From assembly GCA_964016885.1 (NCBI GenBank), contig OZ024742.1, forward strand, positions 281,790,001-281,854,000: 64,000 nt of DNA, read 5' to 3'. This document shows positions 40,281-55,774 of the stretch, piece after piece. The DNA is from Eledone cirrhosa (taxonomy: Eukaryota). The notes under the pieces were generated by a model. It did no database searches, had not been told where the DNA came from, and saw only the letters and a list, made by a program, of their open reading frames with translations. Position 1 is the first letter of the stretch, and every line of letters starts with the position of its first letter. The position numbers and the translations under genes were made by a program.

Positions 40281-41132
40281 CCAGGGATGTGAATAGTATT
40301 GGTTTACACTGTACCGCTAGAAAACCGCTACAGCTTTATAAAACAAAACCTCTAATTGTAAGAATTTGTATTTGAATTCAAAACTTCCAGTTTAAGTTTG
40401 AACGTTTTGTTAAGATATATTCTTCACAACCTCTTAATAATGAGAGGATCACATATTTTACTAAATCCTTCCAAACCCTGGAATATTTTAAAAGTTCGTT
40501 GTAAAACATTTTATTTAAAATATGTTAACAAAGTGTTTACATTAGAAGACTAAGGTATCACTGAAACTTACTATGCCTTTCATATGCAGGATTGTATTAA
40601 GATATTGGGTACCCGGGGCACTTCAGGTTTTTTTTTTATTGGCTCATACACAAACAAATTTGAATAAATAGCCCCATTTCACATCAAAGTTAGCTTAGCA
40701 CAGGTAAGTGGAATTGAAAAGTTATACATACAGGTATTAAATCAAAAATTCTAACTGTCCTAAAACTAAAAAGCCCAGCTGAATGCACAAATAAAATGCT
40801 ACGGCTGACCGTGGTGCCTCTCGTCCACTTCCAAGTGCAGGAAGCCCGGGGCTATTGCCCCCTTTGCCCCCCTTTAAATCCGGATCTGCCCATACACATT
40901 CATCCTATAATAAAATAGCGATGACTCAAAAGTAGTAATGATATTAAAGATTTCTAAAATACATTTTGATTTAATATATGATACAAACAAAGACATACGT
41001 CAATGTATAACTAATATACATTTCTCTAAAAATATAATACACGTCTTTAGACGCTTACTCAATAATACAACCACCAGCATAAATACACACATAGAGACAC
41101 ATACACATGATTTATTGCATATATATATATAC

Positions 41133-41172
<40 letters not shown>

Positions 41173-41364
41173 GTGTGTGTGTTTCTGTGCGTGTGCGTGT
41201 GTACATATATGAATGTATGTATTACATCAACGATAAACGTTTCGCCAGACAGTTTATAATAATTTTGGCAAGTTATTATGTCAGAAGAATAAGATTTTGG
41301 CAGCACTATGCTAATATATATATATATATATGCTAATATATACTGTATATATATATATATATAT

Positions 41365-41893
41365 ATTTCGTTTCTGAATTTGTTTAGCAAGATTCTTTAT
41401 CTGAAAACGTGTGTTGAAACCGATATTGTTTTGCTTTGGGAGGGTCATGTTACCAATAAGAAACACACGCACCAGTTGCTTTCACTCCAATTTATTATAA
41501 ATTAAATTATAAATTTAAGAATTTATAAATTTCCGGTTGGTTGGTTGGTCGGTTCCATAACTGGACGATTGTTCATATATTGTCAAAGTTCTTTTGTCAC
41601 ATTCTGTGACCTCTTCAGTGACTGGGGATTCTTTTCTTTGTTTTTGTGATGGCGTAGGACAGAACAAAGGAGAGGCACAAAAACAAAGAAAAGAATCCCC
41701 AGTCACTGAATAGGTCACAGAATGTCTGACGAAAGAACTTTGACAATATATGAACAACCGTCCGGTTGTAGAACCAACCAACCAACCGGAAATTCTTAAA
41801 TTTATAAATTTAATTTATAATAAATTGGAGTGAAAGCAACTGGTGCGGGTGTTTCTTATTGGCAACATGACCCCACCCAAAGCATAACAATAT
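41365..41893. repeat. Fold-back element, about 220-bp arms, 27-nt loop, unpaired tail
   Basis: 41423-41648 is the reverse complement of 41676-41893; ends resemble the 5581-6964 element. Confidence 0.9.
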
Positions 41894-41894
41894 A

Positions 41895-41935
<41 letters not shown>

Positions 41936-41974
41936 AATAACAAAGAACGCTTATAGCATATGCATATCTTTACT

Positions 41975-42019
41975 TGCTAACATTGTTTCATCCGCACTAA
42001 AGTGGGGCTCATCAGAGCA
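41975..42019 (-). ncRNA. Minimal type I hammerhead ribozyme (left arm)
   Basis: Reverse complement: tgct-CTGATGA-gccccactttagtgcggat-GAAA-caatg-TT-agca. Confidence 0.65.
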
Positions 42020-42516
42020 TAAAGGTTAATTACATACCATACAAGCAATAACATTTTATTTTATCTCATTCCTTACCCTGTATCACTATTATCTGTATAT
42101 TTTATATTTTATATGTAAGTTTGTTATGTATTTCTTTGTATTTCTTTATATTTTCTTACTTATTTATATATATTATAAGTCTGTTTTTCACCTATTTTTT
42201 ACCTACTCTTACCTAATCCCATCTATCTTATCTACTCTTGTCTGTTCTCTTATCCATGTGTCTACTCTTGTCTGTTCTCTTATCCATGTGTATGCTTGTA
42301 TGTAACTATATGTTGACAGCACCCCGCCCAACTGTGACTTATTTTTATTTTTATTTTTATTTTTATTTTTATTTTTATTTTTATTTTTATTTTTATTTTT
42401 ATTCTTATCTTTATTTTTACTTTTACTTCCTTAATATCCTTTATCGTCTATTATTACCTTTCATTCTTCAATGTCTTGGATTTGTTATTGCTTGTATGGT
42501 ATGTAATTAACCTTTA

Positions 42517-42562
42517 TGCTCTGATGAGTCCCACTTATAGTGCGGATGAAACAATGTTAGCA
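42517..42562 (+). ncRNA. Minimal type I hammerhead ribozyme (right arm)
   Basis: tgct-CTGATGA-gtcccacttatagtgcggat-GAAA-caatg-TT-agca. Confidence 0.75.
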
Positions 42563-42696
42563 AGTAAAGATATGCATATGCTATAAGCGTTCTTTGTTAT
42601 TTATTATATTACGGCTCTGTCCTCAGACATTGAGCTAACCTTATACTGCCTGCTGGATAAGTGGAGTGTTATACACCCCTGATCCTTTCCCTAGTA

Positions 42697-42760
<64 letters not shown>

Positions 42761-42994
42761 GTACACGTTTGTATATGTATAATAAAGCCAAAACAATGCA
42801 GGTATGGACATAGAAATAACTTTGGCAAGCTATTTAGAACACTGGTTTAACCGCTTTACTTCCCTCCGAAGAAGAGATATTATCTCGAAAATTAAGGACA
42901 TTTAAATAAATCTAAAGTAAAAGACTAATTGTCAACAATATCTTTTGCATTTGCATTCTTTATTCTATGTCCATACCTGCATTGTTTTGGCTTT

Positions 42995-43179
42995 TGGATT
43001 GGCAGTATCGGTAGAGGGTCGGACGCGATGTTTTCCAGCATATTTACGTCCCTTTACGATCTGAGTTCAAATCCCGCCGAGGTTGACTTTGCCTTTCATC
43101 CTTACGGGGTTGTTAAAATAAAGTACCAGTAATGTACTGGATAATTGCTGGCCTTGTGCCAAAAGTAGAAAACAATTAT
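42995..43179 (+). mobile_element. tRNA-derived SINE (family A)
   Basis: A and B boxes and conserved body and tail. Confidence 0.85.
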
Positions 43180-43236
43180 ACATATACAAACGTTCATACC
43201 TCATTACACAATGCTTCAAGTGAACTATAACATCCT

Positions 43237-43337
<101 letters not shown>

Positions 43338-43349
43338 TATATGTATATA

Positions 43350-44530
43350 TACATATATATTGGGCGTTCGATGTAATCCGACCTATTGATGTTTAAACCT
43401 GAAAATTCGTAACCAAGACCAGAAATTTCCACACCAACATAGATCGCCTGTACGTGAAACGTAAACAGGGAGATCGAGTCTTAATATCAGTCCAGACACC
43501 ATTTGTGTGTCGCATTGTATCCCTCCGACAACACCTATGAACCACCCACCGTTGAATCTTATCTATTGAACAAGTTTGTCTACACGGGACAAATAACACC
43601 AAGAGAGTTGTGACGGTGCACCCTGTGAAATAAACCCTACATGATAACCAAAGATTCAAACAGAGGGAAACTGCAGAGCAATACCACAATAAATCCATGG
43701 ATGAAAATCTGCATGCTTATTAACAAAACGATCATGCCTGGCTATGTTGGCAGGAAGTTCCAAAGTGAGAATAATAAATAGGTAAGGAAAGTAGTCTATC
43801 CTGAACCAACAAACGCTATATTGACTCTAACTTTGAAGGATATGCTTTTACGATCCAATAGCAGGAAATAACTGCTAAATACATGATTCAAAAAAGAGAT
43901 AGGGATGCATGGAAAATATCTAAGTGCGACAATAAATGCAGACACAGCAGAATAAACAACGAAGATGTCACCCATATCTTAAGCAGCTATCCAAAGATAT
44001 TATCACGGTACTATTTACCTATGAGATATGATGTAGTGGCCAAACCACTATACAATGCAATCCGTAGAAAAGATAGCCCCGGCAATTAACATACGATAAG
44101 TTATGTCAATGTGGAGGACATTTATATATATAATTTGAGAGTACTGTTGGAATGTTCCAGTAAAAACCCCAATAAATGCACACAGAACAAGAAAAATATA
44201 GTGATATGCGATAGAGAAAAGACCGCATGCATAGTACTGGAAATGAGCTGTCAAGAAGATGTCAATATAATGTTAAAGTTCTGTGATTAGGAAAACATTT
44301 ATGCTGAACTAATGAGGAATCTGCAGAATATCAACCCTAATTATAGATTTAGATTTGTACCTGTGATCATTGGGGTTCTTGGATGTGTTAGTAACTACAC
44401 GAATATAAATGCTGAAAAGCTGGGTTTCACAAACCAGAAATAGTACGGCTAGTTAGGAAGCTGCAAGTACAGTCCATTTATGGAACTGTAGAAATATGTA
44501 AACATTTTCCGAAAGTCTGCATACAATAAT
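43350..44530 (+). mobile_element. R4/Dong-clade non-LTR retrotransposon 3' fragment
   Basis: FHTNIDRLYVKRKQGDR, EGYAFTIQ*QEITAKY, KCRH..EDVTHILSSYP..YYLPMRYDVVAK (decayed CCHC knuckle), VPVIIGVLG; RLE-type C-terminus. Confidence 0.75.
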
Positions 44531-45141
44531 TGCATATACACAAGTATAGACACAGACACATATGAACGTGTAACAAAAACATGCAGATCCACACATACAA
44601 TAACATCCATGTCTGAAGACACACACACATACACACACATATGCATACGCGAACACACATACACACATACACACACAGCTACAAACATACATACGTAGTT
44701 ACCAATTTGATGCTGTCTAAATTCCAAAGTAAGGGTCTAGTGACTATGAAGGAAACCAACTCTGTCTATTTGTGAAAATTTATAAAATAATAAAACCAGA
44801 GGAGCATATATACTCTTTGGTTACATTGCCCGGGTTGAGTTAATACCAAAAGGAAAGAAAACAGACAAAAGCGGAGGAGGAAGAAAAACAAACACAGACT
44901 AACGAAGAAGAATGCCACATTTCATCCTCGGGGACTAACTTTCAAATAAGTCCCCCCGCGCAAGAAGCAGATGAGGCGGTAAAATACACCCAAGGGAGGC
45001 AACTGAAAGGAGGAAGACGCTCCTTACCCTGCTAATGTACGAATGTTCATGTCTATCCTTCATATATCTATATATTAATGTGTGTTTGTGTGTGTGCACA
45101 CACATATATATACATATATATATATATATATATCGTATATA

Positions 45142-45221
<80 letters not shown>

Positions 45222-45280
45222 TATATAATATATATATATATACATAGATATATACATGCATACATATATATAATATAGAC

Positions 45281-45315
<35 letters not shown>

Positions 45316-46106
45316 CGTGTGTATATAAGTATGTATGTATATATATATATATATGTATGTGTGTATGTGCTCATATATAAACACACAGACGTACAAAATA
45401 TGTACAACTGTGTGTATGCATATGAGTGTCTTTTTGTATGTTTGTGCGAGTATATTTTTATATGTATGTTTGTCTGCGTGCGTCTGTTTGTGTGGTTACT
45501 GTCTATTATTTTAATCGTTTTCACAGTAACAAATTTCCTCCATCCTCCCCAAATCCTCCATTCTTTTAAATACGTCTGGCATGATTTGCAAGACTGTACG
45601 CCATTTTGAAGCGCCACAGTTACGCCACCGTAACGCCACCTAACGACTGTCGTATGACTTTGATTAAACACATGGCAAATATGGTCTGCTGATACGGAAT
45701 TTTCGTTGCCTATGGTTGGGGCGAGGAAGAATATGGGAACAGTGGTGGGACTGAAGATCAAATATTTTATATATGTATTTATTTTATATGTTTATTTGTT
45801 TAGTATCTATGTGATATTTTTATGTTATTTCATAGCAAGAATATTTCTTGACTTTTCATCTTTGATTTATTATTAGTAATAGTATTATTAGTATTATTAT
45901 TATCATTATTATGATATTTGCTTTGGGTTTTATTTTGGTCATTTGAATGATGAATTGAGAAAGAATCCCCCCACCTCCTCTATGTTTTCCTCGTTTCCGT
46001 GCCTATCATAAATAAACATGAACATAGAGACGTACATGGCCACAAATATACACACACTCAACCGCAACCTCAACAAAACAACCCCCCCTCCTCCCTCACA
46101 CACATG

Positions 46107-46153
<47 letters not shown>

Positions 46154-47193
46154 TTATATATATATATTTGTTGTCCGTTTTTGTTTGGGTCTGTGTCTGT
46201 GTGAATGTAAGTTTGTATTTGCATATATAATATATGATTTCAAAGTATGTTATGTTATTTTATGTATGTATTTATGTAGTTATGTTTGTATGTATGTGTA
46301 TGTGTATGTATTTATGAATGTATATGCGTATGTATGTAAGGATGTATGTATATTTACATTCACACATCTTCATTACATACCAAGTACTAATCTATAGTGA
46401 AGAAGAAGATTCTAACATCAACACCGGCTGTTCTAGATATGGTAACAGAGATGTCGAACATTTCAACGACACAGCATTCTTCAAATCCGACTGTAATGTG
46501 TGGCACGAATTCTTTGGTCGTGTCACTGTTTCAGGCCTGCAGTTGCACTTTTTTTAGCTCATAATTCACAAGCTAATGCTTATGCAAGGAAAAAAAAAGA
46601 TAAGTTTGAGGTTTGCAACAGAGGCAACATCATCTAGGCCAGTAATGTTCAATCTTTTTATCTACTAAGTTTTAAAAGATTACAATCCGTCCATATCCCT
46701 ATGTCATCGGCGTTTAAAAGTTTGACAGTAATTCAGATGATTTTTAATTTAAATGAATGTTTCCAATGGGCTCTTAAAAAGTTCATCTGCCCAGCAGGCT
46801 TAGAATTACCTGACATACTACCATCATTTTTTTCTGCATTGTATCTTTCTTCTTTCTCCGCACTCTCAATATCTCATTCACAAATAAGCGAACATGCCCT
46901 TGCACAATAGAACATATACACAAACTCACCCACACTTATACCAAATCATCATTTTTTCCATTCATCTAAGAACACAAAAGATTTGACTCGATTTTACTAT
47001 GTAAAACAAGAACTAAATTATCGATTTAGGTCATATCTTCTTACAGAATTTGATGTCGAAATCTCGTTCAGACATTCAAAATTTGACGTCTGTAGAAACA
47101 CAAGGTTTTATGGATTTTAATTTGCAATCTAAACTTTGCCATGAAACCCAAGGTAGCGTTATAAATTGTTTGAGTGTAGGATTTATAATAAAT

Positions 47194-47302
<109 letters not shown>

Positions 47303-47414
47303 CTCTCTCTCTCCCTCTCTCTCTCACACACACACATCATATATATATATATATGTATATATATGTATATATGTATATATATGTATATATATATTGATAT
47401 ATATATATATATTG

Positions 47415-47447
<33 letters not shown>

Positions 47448-49297
47448 TAACAGATTAAAGTTTAAGCAAAGAATCGCTGCTTTCACCCTTAACAGGATCT
47501 TCTGAAACTCAGAAAATCCCGTTAAGGATCTCTTTTCCCGTTAAGATCTCCTTTTTTTGTGAAGTGAGAAGGTTCTTCTTGCCGATACCATAAGCGTTAT
47601 CTTATTACAAGTACTACATTTAAAGGCTATCTCACAGCTTCAGTAAAGAAGTGTGAAACAACAGAATTCGAGAAAATTTCATAAGGTCTTCCTTATATGT
47701 TTCTGTTTTGATTAGATAATATGATTTGGCTATGAAGCTTCGAAAGAATTTTCTAATTCTTTGAAATGAACAACCCTTTGATGCCCCCCCCCCCCCCCCC
47801 CCCCCCCAAAAAAAAGAACGAAAGAAAAGCAACAAGCCAAACACTTTCGTTTTGTTGTTTGTATTTATTTATTTTTGTCATAAAATAACTTAAAGACAAT
47901 ATCAATAAAACAGAAAATAATATGATATCACTGCTCCGGTATACCAACTACCCCAAGGTCTTTGCCTGTCATTTCATCTTATTTGATGTCAAGGGCTTTT
48001 TATACAACTTCTTAACGTTATTTGATGGCATGTCTTCTCAAATAACTATTGATTAGGTCCCCATTGTAATAGAGGGCAAGGGTCATCTTTAGCATGTGTA
48101 AAACCTAAAAAGAAAAATCTTATTTTCTATTATCATTATTATTTTTATTGCCATCGTGTTTCCATCTTATTTTTGTTGCATTTCCATATTGTTTTGGTTT
48201 ATCTTTTGTTTTCCTTGTTAATATTTGTTTCGCTGTTTCTTCGTTTGGCTTCCTTCTTTACACCTCAGTTGATGAGTGGCAGGTTCTTCTGTTTTTCATT
48301 TTACCGTTTGTTAAATCTACCACCGATTATTGTCAAAAGACATATATAAAAATAATATGAAGTATAGGCAGTGATATTTTACCAATATAAATGCCATAGA
48401 ATTTTAAATTTTAAATGCTCAATGTATATTAGCTATATATCAGTTGCTGTACATTCGCTTTGGGTTAGGTTTGATTGGAGTTTGCGTTATAAAAATCGTG
48501 TGAACATGGTTATGTTTGCATAGTATTAATACTGCACAGCAATGCCGTAGGAAGAGATACTGTCGGAATTTTCTAAGACTCGTGTGATCTCTAGTCAACG
48601 GCTTTTTGAAGAGAACCTTTTTTATATAGAGAATGTTATATGCAGATATATATAGTTGTATGATCCAAATATCATCGCACCTCACCCACAATTGCTAGAC
48701 ATCACATTCACAACGAGCGCACGTCCTTAACATAGATAAGACTGCATTATAACAAATTGTTTTTTTTCCCGGTTTAAAATATTTCACTCCTCAACAATTA
48801 CTGATCATATATAAATGTCAATTGAGATCCACAATGGGACGGTGTTGCTGCTACAAACATAGTCCTCCTAAAGTATATCTATAGAAAGTCAACTCAACTG
48901 GATGACACAAATCTGCTTTCAGGTACTTTCCACATAGAGGAACATAAGCAACCTGTCATCTTTCTCTGCCTTTTTTGCCGCCACGAACATCTCGGTTTAT
49001 CGAAAATGGTTGACTCTCAGAAATTCAAGGCTTATTCGTCTCTCCTCTTTTCATTATTCATACCATGCCCATTGCAGTTACAAAAACTATCCCTTCCTTT
49101 CTAAGAACATCGGCCCTTTAGAATTTCCCTCTATAAGAATCTTTCAAACTGTCGCTACTTGCAAGAGTTTAAATGGAAGGTTTGTGATATGAGTCTCACT
49201 AGTTTCAGAGAGCGAGCGATGGTCATAGGCACGACACGGCCCCACCCGCCAAGTCTAGCTTACAATATACAACGATGAGTGTGTATGTGAGTATGTG

Positions 49298-49364
<67 letters not shown>

Positions 49365-49538
49365 AAGAAAGAGATATAATTGAAGTGATGGTGTTAGCAG
49401 TGCTAGAGTGATTATTTATTTATGCACCGTATAGAGAGAGTGAAAAGTACTATGTATATTTGTATTTATGCATACAGGATTGTGTGTGTATATATATGTG
49501 TATGTGTGTGCGTGTGTTTATATATATATATATATGTG

Positions 49539-49588
<50 letters not shown>

Positions 49589-49640
49589 TACATACACATA
49601 TATATATATATATATATAAACACACGCACACATATACATA

Positions 49641-49791
<151 letters not shown>

Positions 49792-49868
49792 ATGGATATA
49801 TATATATATATATATATATGGTTTGTTATGGAACAAGTTTCAGATGAAGGATTGCCGAGAATAAATGT

Positions 49869-49907
<39 letters not shown>

Positions 49908-49999
49908 ATTTATGTATTTGTGTATGTATATTTGTATATATGTATGCATGTATATAGAAAGTTAGATAAATAGATAGATAGATAGATAGATAGAGAGAG

Positions 50000-50046
<47 letters not shown>

Positions 50047-50845
50047 GAGATAGAGAGATAGAGAGATAGAGAGATAGATAGATAGAGGGTGAGAGGGTGG
50101 AAAGGAGAAAGATAGAGAGTGCAGAGAAATAAAGAAAAATAGAGACAGAATGTTGTGGAGAGATATAAAAAGAAATATATGTTGTATATCGTGTGTAAGT
50201 ACGTGTGCATTGTATGTGAGGTGTAATTTCAAAACCAGACATTAAGTCAACTGGAGAAGTTCAGTAGAGAGAGAATTGTTATCTCAATATATGATTACAT
50301 ATATAGCTTATAATATGTTGTTATAGCTTGATAACACCAGTGGTGGTTGTGGTTGTGGCATAGTGGTTGAAGTTGTGGTTGTGTTAGAAATGATGGTTGG
50401 AACGTTGGTTGTATTGTTAGTGGCGGGGTTATACTTGTAGCGGTTATGGTAGTGGTGGAGGTTTGTACTTATATTTTTGGTGATAGTGTTGGTGGTGGTA
50501 GTGGTGGTTGGTAGGGCACTTGGTGATAGTGGTATTCATATTAATGAAGGAATGTGACAGCGGCATTTGTGGTGATGTCATAGGTAATATTTGTGATGCT
50601 GTTGTTGGTGGTACTCTGGTTGTGGTGGTTCTGTTGGTCGTAGTGGTATTGATGGTGTGTTTGTTTTGTGATGATTGTCTTAGTGATGGGGAATTTGGTG
50701 GTGGTGGTGATAGGACAGTTGGTGATGGAGGTGTTGGCAGAGGTGTTGATGATCGTTTTGATACGAATGAAGGTGATAACATTGTTATAGGCGTTACGGT
50801 ATTGTCAAGACATCCTAATCAGGTGTTACAGCAATTGCTGTAGAA

Positions 50846-50930
50846 TTAACTCAGAACGGAAAGGACCATAACTCTATGCTGCAAAGCCTGGTTTATGACG
50901 CTCTACCGATACTGCCAATCCACCACCCTT
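50846..50930 (-). mobile_element. Family A SINE head fragment
   Basis: ctctaccgatactgccaatccaccaccct. Confidence 0.75.
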
Positions 50931-51789
50931 AGGCCTTTTAAAATATTAGAAAGGGCCTCGTTTATTTGTTGGCAGCTTTCAAGATAAAGTCTACCCAAAT
51001 TGCACAGTTGAGGTTAATGGGGGTTGTATTATAAGCGTTCGTGCTGAGGTAGGGAGTATATAGAATGTTAGTTTAGGTAGCTTTATATATTTTTTTTTTA
51101 CTATGGTTCTTACACTGTTTACGTAAAAGCAAGTTAACCGAATGTATAGACGCATTGGTATTGAACTACTAAATTATCTGACACAAGTTCGAACTCACCA
51201 ATTCTATCTCGTGTGTCAAGTTAGAAAACATTACCGTATATTTCCTTTATATACGTTCATCGACATACTTATCGACTCCTTCTATAAGTTTTTTTTTACT
51301 TGAACTCGGCTATTGCTGATTACGTAATATAGATTTTATATACATATATATATGTTGCGTCATATTATGTTCTTAATGTAAATATTATGAATATATTAAT
51401 GACGTAATAAATAAGTAATATGTGTGATGACTTGTGTGGGTGTGTGTATGTGTGTGGGTGTGTGTATGTGTGTGGATGCAGACTTAACCAAGGTTTTGAA
51501 ATATATGCTTCATAATCATGAAATGCTGAGTTCGATCCCACTGTATGGTAATTCGGGTAAATATATTTTACTATAGTCATGGGTTGACCCAACACGATAT
51601 GAGAAAAAATAGCTAGACGGAAACTATGTTGAACTCTATCTATAATCCAAAGAACTCACCTTGTCACATATATTGTCACACTGGTGCTGCTGGAATATTA
51701 GCTGAATGAACCTACTTGAACATAAATTTGCAGAGGAAACACTCATCTTATCAGTAGAAGGTTATGCATGTATAATATACAATCTGCAA

Positions 51790-52030
51790 GCTATAGGGTG
51801 CCAATGCTATTGACAGGATGTATAGACATTCCTGGGAATGTAATTGATATATCACGTCCTACCTTCAAATATATGTTTTTTGCTGTTCAGGAATAGAAAA
51901 TCGCTACTGAATATCTGATCATTGCTTCCGGATACCTACCCTGTAATAGAAAATATCGATTGCGCCTTACCAGTGTGGAAGGTATCACCCACGACATCAG
52001 CAGCTGTAAACATTCCCATGCCTTTCTTGC
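51790..52030 (+). mobile_element. Very decayed R4/Dong-like fragment
   Basis: ANAIDRMY and FAVQE*KIATEYL resemble the 43.4-44.0 kb fragment. Confidence 0.4.
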
Positions 52031-52366
52031 CAAAATCTATTTACAATATATATTAAGAGAAAGGATTGTCTTGGCAGTTATACAAAAGGTGCACTACAAC
52101 CAGAATCTTTTACATCTATAAAAATAAGGAATGCATGTGTAATGTTTAAATAAAAACGCCAATCCTATGCAAGTAAAGCAGATATCATATAATATCATAT
52201 GTGGCAGTGAACACATGTCATGCATTTTTTTAAAGTTCACCTGCCCAGTGTATGTCAACCGCTTGTCTAAAGTCGTTAAACTAATATTCTAAGATAAATT
52301 AAGTAAATTAATGCGGAACATAAGCGCTTATATTCTAACTTTTACCAGTTATCAAAGGGTTTTTAG

Positions 52367-53108
52367 AGGCGCGTGGCCTAGTGGTAAGGATGTTGGACCA
52401 TAATAATTGTTTCTACTATTGGCACAAGGCCAGCAATTACCCAGTTCATTACTGGTACTATATTTTATCGACCCCGTAAGGATGAAAGGCAAAGTTAACG
52501 TCGGCGGGATTTGAACTCAGAATGGCAATGGCAGTTACTGTATGCGTTAAAGCATGGCGTCCGACCCTCTACCGATACTGCCAATCGACCACCCTGGGAT
52601 GTTGGACCATAATAATGTTGGGCCATAAGGGTGTTGGATCATAATATCGTGGGTTCGATTCTTGGACTGGGTTGCGTTTTGTGTTCTTAAAAAGAAACGC
52701 TTCATTCCACGTTGCTCCAGTATACTCAGCTGAAAATGAGTAAATGCAATAGCTCGGAGTCCTGTGTAGGGGAGAGTCTTGTACTGCCTGTCGCTTCATA
52801 CCGTGAAACCGGTATAAGCACCAACCTAATGAGACTTTTGGCTTAAGACAAGCTTTAGATCATAATGTCGTGGGTTCGATTTCTAGGCTGGGTTGCGTGT
52901 TTGTGTTCTTGAGCAAAACACTTCATTTCACGCGACTCCAGTATCATCAGCTAAAAGGGAGTACCAGCCATAACTGGAGGTTTAACACTGCGTTGGACTG
53001 GCGTCCTGTCAAGTAGGGGAGTCTGTACTCTCCGTCGTTTCACTCCATGAAATCAGAATAGGCACTGGCCTAGAGAACCTTCTGGCTTAAAACAGACTTT
53101 AGACTTTA
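52367..53108 (+). mobile_element. Second tRNA-derived SINE family (B), dimeric, interrupted by a family A SINE
   Basis: A box TGGCCTAGTGG near 52375, B boxes GGTTCGAT near 52652 and 52873, and a gtgttcttgagcaaaacactt (V-domain-like) core. Confidence 0.7.
52402..52594 (-). mobile_element. tRNA-derived SINE (family A) nested in family B
   Basis: Flanking duplication ggatgttggaccata. Confidence 0.88.
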
Positions 53109-53639
53109 GATTAAAGGGTTTGCTCAAAATCCTTTAAATGCTGAGCTATTCTAATAAAGTACAGAGTAAATTAAGTCGCACCCTTCAAATCCAATCTCTT
53201 AGTGATCCAGTCTCTTAGTGATCCATATGTCAATCATTCTCGAAATTCAACAATCTGAGTTTTCCTAAATTAGGATATAGCCTTACACATACGTAAATTG
53301 TAATTACATGCTTTGTGTACTGTATATCTAGATATATCTTTCACAGACATATATATAAACATACTGTAACTCACTCGTAGATCCACAAATACATGTCAGT
53401 ATTCAGTGAGTGGCTTGAATACTGTAAAGAATAATCTAGCTAAATTTGAAAGAAAAAAATTACAAACACACACAAACACTAACATACATATTTATACTGG
53501 TATACATCGAAAGATAATCTTGTTCTGTGTCTCACACACTGACACCCACTCAGACGCATGCTCGCTCTCCCCTTCTTCTCTAACGCATAAACACACACAC
53601 AATCAGACATACACACTAATGCACGCACAATACAGAGTG

Positions 53640-54390
<751 letters not shown>

Positions 54391-55774
54391 TGCTCTACCA
54401 GAATGTGTCGTCATTAATTTTCACTTTTCAAACACCTCGTTAACACATTTTGACACACATTGTGTTTATGTCTACAACAACTGAACATAATTAACACTGC
54501 ATGTGGTGGCGATGTGGTGTGGTGTGGTGGTTGATGGAGTAGATAGTTGTCGCCGTCGTCGTTGTCGTCGTCATCGTTGTTTTCGTGATGGTATTATTTT
54601 TGCTGTGGTTGCCAGTCGTACTAGATGTGATGCTGCTGACGGTGAGGCTGACGAAGATGATGAGGTTGGAGGTGTTATTGGATGCTGGCGAAGAAGATGG
54701 TGGATGACGAGTTGATTGTGATAATACTGGTGATGGCGATAATGTATCTGATGTGATGACGAATTTTCATATGATCTACTGTTGTATAATCTAGTAGTTG
54801 TAGCGCGATTAATGTTGTAACAGGCTTTTGTTAAGCAAGCCTAATATGTTATGTGGTATGTGTGTGGACAATGGTGAAGGATTAATATAAAAGTAGGGGA
54901 GTAGGTAAATATAAATAACTCACAAACTAAATATAGTCTATGACAAAAACGAAAGATCTAATAATCATCATATTTCTAATGCCCTGGCCAAGCGAATTAA
55001 AAGGGTAAGGAATTACAGGGTAAAAGCTCTTGAATAATTAAAAGTGGTTTAGTAGATAAGGAATGTGGCTCTCATCTATTTGTAATACATAAATCTGGAA
55101 TGATATAAAATCATGCCTATAAAGACATTGACAGTTTACCAATGCAGATAGACATATGCATGTTCTAGACTGTAGCACTAATATGGTCTAGAATTGTTGA
55201 AAAAAAAAGAAAAACCTTGCGCAAGACGTTTTCAATTGAATAACACAACAATGACCTCATTTCATACAACGCATAGTCTGTACAGAAAGTAGTCAAGAGG
55301 ATATCACAACTGACACTGAACATACGACATACATACACCAACTGACACTAAAACGCATAAGACCAGCCATACAGTTCATACCAGACATATCCTCTATCTG
55401 AAAACATTAAAATACTCAAATACATACTCAACACGATCAACATTAAATAAAATAACATAAGACATACACCGACAAAACTGATCCTCCAAACTATAACTTA
55501 AACAACTCACTCGACTCACATTATACATCATTGCAACACATGAATGCTGCGTAAAACGACAGAACAAATAATCTCCATTAAAAACTGACTATTACATTGA
55601 TAACAACATAACACCAATTACACAGTTCATACAAAGTAACACATCTCACAATGTATACATATTACACAACAGATTAAAACACTAACATAATACCAGAGAC
55701 AGATAACCAAATACCAACGACAAAGCAACACTGGCATAATATACATGCAAAGAAGAGAATATTGCACCATCACC

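Larger units (their letters stand above)
41929..42700. mobile_element. Element with 125-bp inverted repeats, each carrying a hammerhead, plus a 3' tail
   Basis: Arms 41929-42053 and 42483-42608; flanked by (TA)n. Confidence 0.85.

Noticed and set aside
40585-40890. Non-autonomous hAT-like element
   Set aside because: One end looks transposon-like, but TIR pairing and an 8-bp TSD could not be established.
45540-45760. Mariner C-terminal fragment on the minus strand
   Set aside because: Similarity is too weak to support by eye.
52367-52665. tRNA gene
   Set aside because: The A and B boxes belong to SINE heads; no full cloverleaf.
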